Source: Balanoglossus misakiensis
Lineage: Eukaryota > Animalia > Hemichordata
Assembly (NCBI GenBank): GCA_040954595.2
Contig: CM082579.2
Location: forward strand, 1,377,908 to 1,441,907
DNA: 64,000 bases
Direction of reading: 5' to 3'
This document shows, piece after piece, positions 1 to 11,779 of the stretch (position 1 is its first letter; every line of letters begins with the position of its first letter). The notes under the pieces are model-generated. The model ran no database searches. It was not told where the DNA came from and saw only the letters and a list, made by a program, of their open reading frames with translations. The position numbers were made by a program, and so were the translations under genes.

Positions 1-532
1 AAAGCAATGTTTATCAAAGATGTGCCTCCGATACAGTATTATTTATAATGAACTTACTATTTTTGTAATTAAAATTGGGACATGGAAATAAATCGGTATT
101 TAACTTTGTCAGTTTTTGTTGTGATTTGATTGAAAGAAAAAACTCCTAAAATGAAAATCTTCTGTAAAAGTACCCATGATTTACTTCTCCGTAGCAATTT
201 CCTAGCTGCAATAATTGTAGCCCTGGTGGGTTGGTTGATCGCTGACGGGGAGCTTGATCGCTGACGGCCAGTGGAGTCACCGTTTAGATGATTGATTGCA
301 TTGTATACTCCCTAATTTGGGTCAACGAACTTAACGACCATCTGTGAAAGTATGACTTCTTGCTGCATGTTTCTCCTGTGTATTCATAAGATTTTAGCAG
401 GCATTAAGGTCCAGACTATAACACTTCTTTCAATTCTATACAAAAATGAAGTGATATTGGTTATAGTTTTCTTTTATCCCTGACTATCTGTCGCCAAGTG
501 TGTTGAACCATTGACCCTGGCCACGTCGACTC

Positions 533-568
533 ATCCATCCATCCATCCATCCATCCATCCATCCATCC
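533..568. repeat. (CCAT)n microsatellite
   Basis: About 9 tandem ATCC/CCAT units are directly visible. Confidence 0.9.
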
Positions 569-852
569 AAACACTGGAATTCATTCCTCGGAGTCCCCAG
601 GCAAGGGCAGATTTCTTCAAAGCGGGATATCGTTAACACGTCCTTCCAAAGATAATATTTCTCACGACCATGGGAAGAATCACCCCGAACACGAGTGGTG
701 AATTCCTTCCTAAACGAGGCCACTGTCATCCCGCCCAATATCACAGCATCACTTTGTGACAGACACTCGACAGAGCATTCGCCTCTGTTGAAATTTCTCC
801 CATTTCCTCTTAGATTGTCCGGCGCGATTTACAATCTTCAAACCAAAGAACG

Positions 853-1940
853 ATGTCTTCGAGGACATATTTCGTTCCTGTCATTGCGGTTTTGATATGC
901 TGTGCTGCGGTATCCTTTGCGTGCAGCCCACCGGGTGGATGGCGACCAAAATCGTGGTCGGACCGTGCATCGATGGCAAACATCGTAGTCTATGGTACCG
1001 TCCTTGAAAAATACCCATCTATTATGTGGGCTTCTTCCTACAGTGCGCTCTTTGAGTTTAAATGTGGGATCAAGGGTAAGCTTGGTTTTATTGATTCTAC
1101 TAAACGTATACGATCATTAGTTTATTGTCCAGTAGCTTGTAAACTATTCCTTTGGCACTATTAAGTCTTTAACTTCGACCAAGAGAAAGTTAATCTTGTG
1201 TAATGTAAGGGAATGGGTACGCATTCGCGTTTCTTCAATCTACGCTAGAAAGAATGTGAAACCAATGACATCGCTATCCAACTGGGGATACCCTTTAATA
1301 GACCGTTGGATGCCTGATTGGACAACTTCATGCGAATTAGTGAGTCGGTTGATGTTTGGGAAACGACCACCTGGGAAGATGTTGCTATCTTTTTTCTGAC
1401 CTCCAGTTGCAATTCTCTCTCTCACTTTCCTATTCTCTGTCAGATGCAGCGATAGTACCACGTTTCGCCAACGTGACGGAGCTTGGTTTCATTCCTGGAC
1501 ACTGCGTTGAAAACAGCGTGGAAGTGGGAGGTAGCTACGTCATCTTTCTGTGGGAACGAGAGGGCGTTTTTCGACCCGCAGCCGTCAACGCGGAAGTCGG
1601 CGTCATTCCGAGCACCGATGAAGTACTTCGCCAGGCAGCGATGATGTGCAACGCCAGTTCAACTTCTGAAGCTCAGGACCCGGATGACGGTTGTCCGGCC
1701 GCAATAGGAGGATGCGGCTCCATCACAATTACTCAGAACAGTGATGTACCCTCCAGAAACAGACCCGTACCCGTCGCTGATGACCCCGGCAGAAATGATT
1801 TTCAGGGTGGAGTCACGCCAAATATTGGTGCCTCGGTCAATGTCACCGGAACACCAAAATCTGGCTCGTCCACTCTGCAAATACCAACGGTTGTTGGGCT
1901 GTTTGGAGTGATGATGACAACGTATAGCGCAGTCTTTTAA
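853..1940 (+). CDS. CCDC3-like (TIMP/NtA-like domain) secreted protein with probable GPI anchor, gene A; exons 853-1075, 1444-1940
   Basis: Signal peptide ends SFA|CSPPGGW, followed by RASMANIVVYGTVL and YSALFEFKC. Phase-1 intron (G|GTAAG at 1076, CAG| at 1443) keeps the frame into ANVTELGFIPGHC..GGSYVIFLW. Six Cys, a Ser/Thr/Pro-rich stalk and a hydrophobic C-terminus. Motifs resemble the vertebrate CCDC3 N-terminal domain as recalled (RAELAETIVYAKV, YSAEVEMLC, NLTGLG..SC..YFFFL). Confidence 0.8.
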
Positions 1941-2884
1941 TACAAGTTTTCAGAAAATGGAAATCTTTTATGCCTAGCTGTTCTTTTACATATAACTGTA
2001 TTAATTCTTCATCATATTTTTCAAAAGTCAACGATTCAGTTTAATCCATATAGTTTGTTCACACGTTGTTCCATGATTTGTTTATCAAGAATCCCAACTT
2101 GAAAAGTACGTGTATGTTGACACTCCCATCCTTTGTCTTGTTTCTACAACAGAATTTGTAATTATAATTCGACTTCTCGACGAAATTCATAATATACATT
2201 TTGCATGTGCTTTTAACTTTTAATGCTTTAAGTAGTGACCTTATCCATTTGTCACAATCGCTGTTGTCATAATGTTACTTAAAATAAAATATGGATCGAA
2301 TTTGCATAAAGACTCTGCGAGGTTATGAGTGAGTGGAGATGATATCACATGAACACTTTCGTGGACGGCCTGGTTTCGATGGCTGAAAAGATTGAAATTG
2401 GTTTTCTGTGTGGAGACTTTGGGCTTGGGACCAATATTAATGATGGCCCTCAATACCACAAGAACAAGTTGGGTGGGAAGTCCTTCAATGTCTCAGTTGC
2501 CTGCTGATGTCTAGACTTATCGTTATATTTGACCTCGTCAAGTTCACCTTGGACGAAAGAATTCGAGCTTGCAACTGATTATACCTAGAGCTTGATGGTC
2601 TTAGAGGCATTGTGAAATGCAGACTATAATAATGTTATATATTCGATCGTGAACAAGAAAATGTTAAAAACACATAAGCGAGGCTTCTGTAACATTTCAT
2701 ATTATTTTTTATTAAGCAACATACTGCCTGGTGTGAAATCTAACAGCTGATTAAATTGGGAGGTGAGATAACGGTCACATATCACAAAGAGAATAAATAC
2801 ATATGGGTAGCATAATGATTTCTAAAAAAGGATGATTTATCGTGGTGCAGTGGCGAATATGCAGATTGGAAGTAAAAATATTAG

Positions 2885-2957
2885 CGCCCGCTAAGGGGGT
2901 CGAACCCTTGACCTTAGGATTAAAAGTCCCACGCTCTACCGACTGAGCTAACCGGGC
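2885..2957 (-). tRNA. tRNA-Lys(UUU)
   Basis: Reverse complement is GCCCGGTTAGCTCAGTCGGTAGAGCGTGGGACTTTTAATCCTAAGGTCAAGGGTTCGACCCCCTTAGCGGGCG, a 73-nt cloverleaf with anticodon TTT, A box, B box (GGTTCGA) and a T5 Pol III terminator just downstream (2874-2878). One G6:G67 mismatch in the acceptor stem. Confidence 0.9.
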
Positions 2958-3152
2958 AGTCATACTTCCATGGCACGCCCTCCACGATTTGAATGGCGCC
3001 CTCAAGAAGCGTTAATTTACATGACATCCGTCGCATGTATTGTGTAATCAAGGTTTGAATATTTACCTCTCATCGCTGTACGGTCACAACTCGAACCGTG
3101 ACAGTACGTCATACGTGTTTATACATGGGGACAGTGCGGTTGTGAAGAGAAC

Positions 3153-3393
3153 ATGAATTATTCGGACCTTCTGAAGTTGCTGTTTATTGCCCTGTGTCTT
3201 GCTGTCACACCGCAAACCGTGACAGCTTGTAAACCAGCTTACGAATGGACACGTCTAAGTTTTCTCGAAAGGGCCGCCCAAGCTGACATCATAGCTTACG
3301 GCAAAGTTGTTGATGTAACGCCGATCGCCGAGCACCCGAACTCGTGGCCGGACGCTTATGACGCCAAATTCGAAATTTACTGCGTGATTAGAG
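3153..3393 (+). CDS. CCDC3-like locus B, variable first exon 1a (signal peptide + N-half of domain)
   Basis: MNYSDLLKLLFIALCLAVTPQTVTA|CKPAYEW..FLERAAQADIIAYGKV..YDAKFEIYCVIR, then a phase-1 donor G|GTAGGT at 3394. No private second exon seen before exon 1b. Confidence 0.8.
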
Positions 3394-3400
3394 GTAGGTA

Positions 3401-3460
3401 CATGTATGATATGTATGTGTATGTATGTATGTATGTATGTATGTATGTACGTGTATGTAT
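3401..3460. repeat. (TATG)n microsatellite
   Basis: Imperfect TATG/GTAT run immediately after the exon 1a donor. Confidence 0.85.
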
Positions 3461-3733
3461 AATTCCATAACAGCGCCACCAAACTAATGAATTTGACCCC
3501 TGTGCCCTCTCTCCTTCATATCGTCGCAAACACAACAAACGCACGGTAAATCGTGTCAACCACCGCGATCTTTCCGAGACTAAGCGATACCGATTCTCAC
3601 AAAAAGACGCAAGGGTGTTTTTTGTGATAACACACACCGTACAACAAAGCTTCACGATCGCCAGACTTCTGGTGTCGTCACGGTTTTATATACTGCTGGT
3701 GAAACCGAGGGTGTTATAGGCCTACGAGAAAAC

Positions 3734-3968
3734 ATGCATTGTTCGGCACTGCTATCGTTTCTGTTGGTTGCCGGGAGTTTCAAAGCACAAACCGTGGAAG
3801 CATGCGACCCTTTGCCGGGATGGGAAGAGCAGACTTTTCTTGAAAGAGCCGCCCAAGCCGACATTATAGCATATGGCAAGGTGATTGATTTGACACCGAT
3901 CGCCGAATGGCAGCAAGCCTGGCCGAACGTTTACGACGCCGAATTCGAGTTCTACTGCGTGTTGAGAG
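3734..3968 (+). CDS. CCDC3-like locus B, variable first exon 1b
   Basis: MHCSALLSFLLVAGSFKAQTVEA|CDPLPGW..FLERAAQADIIAYGKV..YDAEFEFYCVLR, phase-1 donor G|GTGGGT at 3969. TATA-like TTTTATATA about 45 nt upstream of the ATG. Confidence 0.8.
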
Positions 3969-4695
3969 GTGGGTTGGTGTGCGATTTCGATCCCGTAAAC
4001 ATCTGTGACAGACCAGACACGATTCAAACAGGTGTCAGTGAAATTATTAATACCGTGTCCTATTTTATATCACATCCCCTCTATACAAAGGAACTGTTTA
4101 CGTGTGACCCTACACGAACTCGCAGCCATTCGTTGCTTTCACTTTCGCTTGCACATTCGTTTTACCAATTCCTTGCACGTACTTACATACATCCAGCCTT
4201 TTCTCAACCAGCAAGGCCTTTCATTCCCGTTACAATAGCTAATAGTCTCTATCTTTCATTTTGTTGATATTAACATGTGGTCTGCCATCATGATTCAGAG
4301 GGAAATTAATCTGGTCATGATCAGAATTTGCCGTCTGTGACATTGATAGCCTATAGACAGGAAGGTCTAGTCATACTATGTATGAATATCAACAACGCCC
4401 TCGGGTTGAAACAAGTTTATAAATTACTAGTATCATGACGTTATTGCGATTTCGACCTTCGCCCTTGTTTGCGACATCAGCATCAGGTACACTGCCACTG
4501 GGCAGAATTTTCGGTGAAGACCGGATACGGATTGTTGTGATATCTCATAAGCTTACCACCTGACAAGACGATACGTGCTTTGGTCAGTTGTCCGTTCATT
4601 GTGCACTCACTCAAAGATTCTGTGTAGTTTATTTTTCTGCCCGACCCGAAGAAGATATCAGGTGGTATTGCAGTGTCTATATATAGACTGAAACG

Positions 4696-4930
4696 ATGAG
4701 CTTTTCATGTGATCGTGTATTGCTGACATTGTCAGTTGTCTTCTCTCTGACACAAAGCGCGGCAGCTTGCAAAGCCATCAACTGGGAACCTCAACCGTTC
4801 CTTCGAAGAGCTGCCAGGGCTGACATCATAGCCCTCGGCAAAGTGATTAACTTGACACCGGTCGCCGAATGGCCGAGCTTATGGCCAGATGCCTATGACG
4901 CCGAATTCGAGTTCTACTGCGTGTTGAGAG
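4696..4930 (+). CDS. CCDC3-like locus B, variable first exon 1c
   Basis: MSFSCDRVLLTLSVVFSLTQSAAA|CKAINW..FLRRAARADIIALGKV..YDAEFEFYCVLR, phase-1 donor G|GTGGGT at 4931. Confidence 0.8.
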
Positions 4931-5079
4931 GTGGGTGGGTGCACATGACAGTGACGATTTCGATACAAATGCCAAATACGTACGTCGGTAGATAGGGTGT
5001 GGCTGAAATCGAAATATCTATTTCAACACGGTCGGAAAAGACATTAATGTGGATGTACTTTCTTGTTCATTCTCTTCAG

Positions 5080-5232
5080 AATCGATCACATTTGAGTGTC
5101 CTCCGGTTGGTCCAGACCAATTCGGTATATGCGTAGATGAATGCGGCGAATTTGTCGACAATCGTGACTGTCCCGGCGATCAGATGTGTTGTCCAAATGG
5201 ATGCGGACACGTCTGCACACAACCAGTTCAGA
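5080..5232 (+). CDS. WAP / four-disulfide core domain exon (symmetric phase 1-1, 153 nt) of locus B
   Basis: Polypyrimidine tract plus CAG| at 5079, then ESITFECPPVGPDQFGICVDECGEFVDNRDCPGDQMCCPNGCGHVCTQPVQ with the 8-Cys WAP pattern (CC.NGCG..C). Donor A|GTAAG at 5233. Confidence 0.85.
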
Positions 5233-5419
5233 GTAAGCCTGAATTTTCACAGCGTGATCTGTGTTTTCGGTGTGATATTTCGTCTTTCACTGGTCATACA
5301 AATAAACTTTAAATTGGAATGTCATGAAAGTTGATAGCGATAACAAGTGTTCAAATAGTATTTTCAATTCATCTACTGCTTTGCTGATTAGAGTTTCTGT
5401 TATTTCTTCTGTTCGTCAG

Positions 5420-5793
5420 TGGGTGGTATTAACCAGACCGCCATAGTAAGAGATATGGGCGAATTGACGTCATGTTCACGGACCATTGTTGAGATTGGGA
5501 CAACCTACATCATTCTGCTTCAGTGGAGAGACGGCGAACTGGTACCCCACGAGATCAACATCCAATCCGCTGCCTTTCCGGAAACACAATATGTCTGGGA
5601 TGATATATCCATTCTCTGTGACGTCGAGGCGGTCGCCCCACTTGGAAGAAATAACTGTCCCAGCAATGTAACTGACGGGATACCGACAGTCAGAGATACA
5701 CCATGCTACTCGACCGCGCCCTCACAGGCAGCCAGTGTGATGATCCTCGCCCTTGTTGTTGTCGTCGGTTTCCTGAAACCGATTTTCAACTGA
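5420..5793 (+). CDS. CCDC3-like locus B, constant last exon (C-half of domain + GPI-like tail)
   Basis: Phase-1 acceptor CAG| at 5419. GGINQTAIVRDMGELTSCSRTIVEIGTTYIILL..LVPHEINIQSAAFPETQ resembles CCDC3 LLPHGVNFQDAIFPDTQ as recalled. Ends SQAASVMILALVVVVGFLKPIFN*. Confidence 0.82.
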
Positions 5794-6531
5794 TTCTGAT
5801 TTACATACATTCTGCTGAATCTTTATCCACTTTTTGTTATATTTGGACGACAGGTCCAAACGTAGACACCGGTTCTCAGTTGCACATATTGTATTTTTGT
5901 AGAAACAATATACATGTATGTGTACTATGTTCTGTGCACCATATTTTAAAACACAGACGTTAAACTATTGCACGAAGTATTTCAATGTTTTATGCATGAT
6001 ATGCATAGCCTTGATCTATAGTTTTTTCGCTTGCTTTGTGAAAATTCCTGTGTTTGTCGTTTTGAAGACATTGACTCATATTTTAGCCACGTTTTCTATC
6101 TTCGTCCATTGAAATCCCCGCTGCTTTCAAAACGCTCAAAGAAAGCACACAGCAACCATCTCTACCTTAAAAACTTTAATATATGTTTTAATAATGTATT
6201 ACTTTACTCACTCTTCGCGTATTCCATGAGGTTCAGTTGACAATGTGAACATCATTACGTAAATGGAGACATTTTAGTCCCAATGAACATTCAAATGGAA
6301 GAGACGACTCTAAGACTCTGAATATTTTTGCATGTGTTCGCATCTTGCCAGGTCTTTGTCGTATGTAGGTCAGCGTTAATGTTAATCGATATCGTGAAGC
6401 CACGTGCTTCTCCGATTCAGCAATAAACTTTGACAACTTATAGCGCCCTCAATAGCAAGCTGATAAGTTTGTTCTGGTTCTAGCACTAACACTGAGTGAA
6501 ACCCCGAAACGCAACCCCGGACGAGTCAAAC

Positions 6532-8987
6532 ATGGCGAAGTTGTTCGTGCTATTAGTTTGCGTCGGGGTCCTCGTGGAAACAAGTCTAGCATGTGTGTTT
6601 GACGGTCCACGGAGAACATTTCTGGAACGGGCAAACGATGCAGAAATAATCCTCTACGGCCAACCAGTTGCCAAGTTCAAAAGACAAGACGTGTCCAAAG
6701 ACTTCGCCGACCAATTCTGGCCGTCGTCGTACTCGGCTGAGTTTGAAGTTTACTGCGTGTTAAAAGGTCTGTATGGGTTATGTCTTTAGCAAGTGGTTCA
6801 AGTTTCCATAATTTACACTTTTCCATTCAAGTCACATGTACAAACACTTTCCCAACAGCAAAATAACGCGAAGAACTCCATGAAAACGGCGTGATTTCAC
6901 AGAATATAATTTATTGCTTCTGCGCTTATCAAAGGTAACCCACATAAAGAGACTTTAGGATGAGCGTACGGTAGCTAAATGCCAAAGTAATTTTAAGGAA
7001 AACTACACTGATTTGAAAGACTTATTTTAAAACTTATTGTTTTAGTTATGTAATGAGCGCCCAGTGTTGGCGGAGAAATGTCAGGATATCGTATGTATTT
7101 GTGGCAATGGTATATCGATTTTACTTTTCTGAAGTGAGTTGATTTATTGCACTTCAATGGTATTCATGCAACAGATGACGAATTCCGCACATTAATTGGA
7201 GACAAAATCCTCGTAATGATTTATAACTAGGGGTCGGGACCAACCACATATAATCTCCGTCTGCTTTCAACTTTCCAAGCATTCATATCATCCCAACAGA
7301 AATGTTTTTGTTGTGTACTTACCAAGACCAAAGTTGCACTGACCATATCTTATTAGCGCAGCGTGCTCGTCAGTCAGGCAAACGACTTCTATGACATTTT
7401 AATAAATTAATTAAACTCCCGCTGAAATACAATTCTGTATACAACCGTTACCAACCGCAGATCGACGAGTCCGCCAATATGATCAATTTAACAAATGATA
7501 GCGAATGCTTTAATCCCTAAAGAAACCCCGCCAGCCAGCATGCTGGGGCGTCCATGTGACTTCCAGCGAAACGATCGTATTTCATTTTAAACTAGGCCAC
7601 TTGATTCTAATAACAACAAAAAGTAATAACCCGGACCAGAATCTCATTCCATATCAATTACTTTATACGAGAGACGCTGGAGATAATATTCAGAGCTTCT
7701 TGTTTGGTTTTACTTTAGGTTCAATGATGATATGTCCTCTTCTGACACTAGTCTAAAAATCCAAATAGCGTGACTTCAGCATTTCCCAAACTTCACTGGC
7801 GTCCAGTCACGTGACAGTCAAGCCTGCAAATTGTTTATGGCGTCAGTGAGTACTTTCTCTCATCCCACCCTAAAGAATGTCCACATACCCCAAGTCTCAA
7901 TTAAAATGCTTTGAAATGAATGATGTGTTTAATCGAGAACGGCTTAAGATACACGCTGACACAGATCTCGGTGATTTTATGGTAACCAAGCTGAGTCCGG
8001 GCCATATCTGAGGGATGAACGCTTAGGTCATGTCCCTAGTGAGGTCATCCCTATGGCGATAGCATGTCCTTCAGGTTTGTTCGGGAGCAAATATATCATT
8101 TCAATTACCGTGTAGTTGTTATAATGTCAGATACAGTGAAAATTGATTCTGAAAACCAAATCAGTTCAAAAATTGCTTGATATATCTAAGTTTTCACGTT
8201 GATATTGTGTCTACATTTTAAAGGTATCAGAAAAATACAGGCCAGCCTCTAAATATAACTTGTGATGTTTTACGGACCAGTGAATTTTACAAGGGAGTAA
8301 GAATATGTGGAATGCTGGTCAGTGGACCAGTGAGGCAAGAGGAAAGTTTGCAAGGCCGTGACAATGATGATGATGATCATTTTTTCTTAAATTCCAGGTG
8401 GTAGTCTATCAAATCGAGTAAATGTGACAGGGTTAGGTATGGTGCATTCATGTGACGTCACCACTGTGGATATCGGCAAAAATTACGTCATCTTCCTGCT
8501 GAGAAGAGGAGGGTATCTGGTGCCAGACGACCAAGATCTTCAAAGCGCTGCCACCGAAGCGACTTATGACGTATTCGCCGAATTATTCACGATGTGTGAC
8601 GTAACACCCCTGCCACCCACCGATCGAGGCGCTTGCCCGGCGGACGTACCCACGGTCTGGCCGCCCCATTGCAACAGAACAGTAGAAGCGCCACCAGGCA
8701 CACGTGCAAACGAGATTACCGCCGACGGGAGCGAGAAAACATCCCACACACGCGACCGAGAACTGGCAACCGACGGCAAGGGACTGACGCGGGCACAGAC
8801 TGATAAGTTACCAGAGGCAGAGACAGGTAAACCTGTTGGGAAACCGACAGGTGATGCAAAACTTACAAAACAACAAGTCACACCTAAATTGGGCCAGGTG
8901 AAATCAGATTCCCCAAACATCTATGTGAACTTTCTGACTCTAGTATTGATATTTCTCGCATTGTGTTTCTCTTATAATCAAATGTAA
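6532..8987 (+). CDS. CCDC3-like GPI-anchored protein, gene C; exons 6532-6766, 8398-8987
   Basis: MAKLFVLLVCVGVLVETSLA|CVFDG..FLERANDAEIILYG..YSAEFEVYCVLK. Phase-1 intron (GT at 6767, CAG| at 8397), then GGSLSNRVNVTGLGMVHSC..NYVIFLL..LQSAA, a Thr/Pro/charged stalk and a hydrophobic tail. AATAAA at 9474. Confidence 0.82.
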
Positions 8988-11779
8988 TAATACTAGTAAT
9001 TCATGTAATATACGTACTTATATTGTGACGTCATCTGGTGAACGGTTGTCCACTGACTCGATAACTGGGTAGCCTGTCGGGGCCGCCATGGCTGGTGCTG
9101 TTTTTGGTATGAAATCGTTAATGATCTCTTGGTTTTACTTTGCATTTATTGTTGCGCTTGTAGAAACTGTATCTCTGCTGCTATATTTTACGAAATTTTA
9201 TATTCCGAAATATTCTTCTCCGTCAGCTCTGTCGCCAACTGCGACCTGCGGTCGAGGTAAAGGGTCATATATTGTCATGCTAATTGTCGCTTAGGTATAC
9301 AATACACCTTACCGAAGCCATTTTGTACGGCAATCATTCAGTCAATGTACTGCAAAACGTGAGACAACAGTTTCGGGCTCTTTCTACTTCGATGAAAGCC
9401 TCATGTGTGTCTTTCGTCCTCCACATATATTTCTTTATTCGTTGAAATAATTCAACGTTTTCTGTGACATAAAAATAAACATTTTAAGGCAGTTGTATCT
9501 GTTTGAAAGGCCGTAAAATAGTGGGGCGGGAGAATATCATTTTTCCCCACCATAACCAAAGAGTTTATCCCCATATTCAAAATCGAAAGAAACCAAAACC
9601 TATTCTGAACAACTAATTTGTTTTCGAATCACCATCTTATTTGTTTAATCGCGCCATTTTATTCCATTGCGGGAGATTCGGAGTCTCTTGATAGTGTTTT
9701 CGCGATGTGTGTGGTCTTTCTGTGCAATGTTCCCATGATTTATCGTCATTGACAGAGCCGAATCAAAATTTATGACCCACTACGAGTGTGTGACCCCCAA
9801 TTGCGACCAGAAAACAATATTTATCACCCCGAACCGACCTAGCGAATAATGTGCTTGCATCATATAAAATGGAAAGATGATTTTGCGAAAATGATAATTT
9901 TTAAACATCTGACCGCGCCCAGTCACAGATTGAATTCTCGCCTATTTGCAAGCAGGGATCGGGTGATGGATGTTCCGTAACTGTTTGAGACGCCGTGGAT
10001 GCAAAGCCGTTGAATCTTCAGATCGCTTGAGATGGACAATACTGGATGAGAAGTTGGCCGTTGGCGTCGCTGGTCAAATAATCATAGAACTCAACACCTG
10101 TTTGGTATTTCAAATCCAACGCCGATGGTCGTGGATCGTTGGTGGCGTCCATACTAGAAGGTGATCACATGGCCTGGTACATCTGGCATGTACCATCGCG
10201 TGTCACTCTTCGTTCTACCATTCCATTGTTGGCTTCCGTCTTTCAAACAAGGGCCGTACACAGGCTGCAATCATTGTCATCATTCAACTTTTCATTCGAC
10301 ATTGAATTGAGGAAAATACAAAGAGAAACCTCTGCGGCAAATTTTAAGCCGTACCGACGGCTAAATCTGTTTTTGTACCGTCGTGAATGTGCATGACATG
10401 GCTGAACGACTCCGTGATGTGAGATCAGAAATACCGGTGCTATTTACGCCTACTCTTACGTCATCATTATTTGTTCTGTCCGCCATATTCAGGGGGACTG
10501 TTGCTAAGGTTATCGCTACGTGGACCGACTTTTACTTACAGAAGAGGAGCGCCTCTTGGTGTTCTACCAGTCGCGTGTGTTGTCAGTAATCAATCACATC
10601 TAGGTTAACAACCTCCGCAGTATCAGACCCGATCAATTTAATTACAAAGTAAAGGGGAAAATATCGACAGATACGCCGGCAACGGTTATTAGCCACGGGA
10701 CGTACAGCTGCGATACTCCAGTCACCTCCACATGAATGTCAAGCCTGATCAATTTTAAATAAAGAAATATGATTTGGGAATATATTGTCGACTCATGGTG
10801 TTCATCAATGTCAGTTATTCAGTTTCTCAGTCCAAGGTCAAATTACAAATTGGTGATTGTAAGTACATGTGCTAAGCCTAATATACCTTTCAATGCATTC
10901 CTATGGTGATCATGTTATTGCCGTCGGCTTAAAGGAAAATTAGGCTTAATTTCACTGCGGTCCCCAAAATACTCGACTATCAAAAAGTGACATCTGAAAA
11001 AAGAGGAAATCATATGCTCGTCAAACCATTAAAGCATCAAAATGCACTTTCATTCGCTTTTTTAAAAAAAAGAGGGCTTGATAAGATTTGAATGCTACGG
11101 GGAACATTGTTATAGTCAACGCTAGCACTATAAAAACGCTATAACCCGATTAAAACGAGCCCCATCTGGAATGCCAATAGGCCACTTTCATGACCGCGGT
11201 GTGACCTTACATCCTGGTGTTTGTGTTGGTATGGCATCATACATCATTCGACTTTTAACCATTTTCTAACATTTTTGAGGATAATTGATTGATCTTCAAA
11301 TGTGAGACCCTGCTGAGACAAAGTTCCCGCTCACTGCTGTTTGGATTAAAACATGGTAAGCACCACAGTGTATTTAGTATGCTTGGACGGTGAAGATTTT
11401 GACCTTGCCAGTCCTTGTTTTCAATTTATTTTTTAATCCGTGTAATCCCATCAAGTCTATACCTTTAATAGGTGTTTTCCCTTTTTCGGTCGTCATTTTG
11501 TAGGATTTACATACAATATTACAATGAAGAATAAATAAACAGGGTTGCTCTGCTGACAACCATGCCACATTGAAGGACATTCCACCAAAGTGTCTACGAA
11601 TCGGATTGGTTTACACAGAGTGTATTGCGTATTTGAATTACGCCGCCATACGGTGGAACGCACCGCGGCACATTCCAGCGTAACTGTACTGTCATGTTTT
11701 ATGGTAGCTTGGAGGGTCTCAACATTTGTATGCGCTGGACAGATATCCTTAGCTTCCTCAATTCAGCACAAACAGGCTG

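Noticed and set aside
235-267. 14-bp direct repeat TTGATCGCTGACGG x2
   Set aside because: Isolated micro-duplication with no supporting context.
3969-4267. Read-through extension of exon 1b as a single-exon 177-aa protein
   Set aside because: Similarity to the paralogs stops exactly at the conserved donor, and the extension lacks the C-half motifs.
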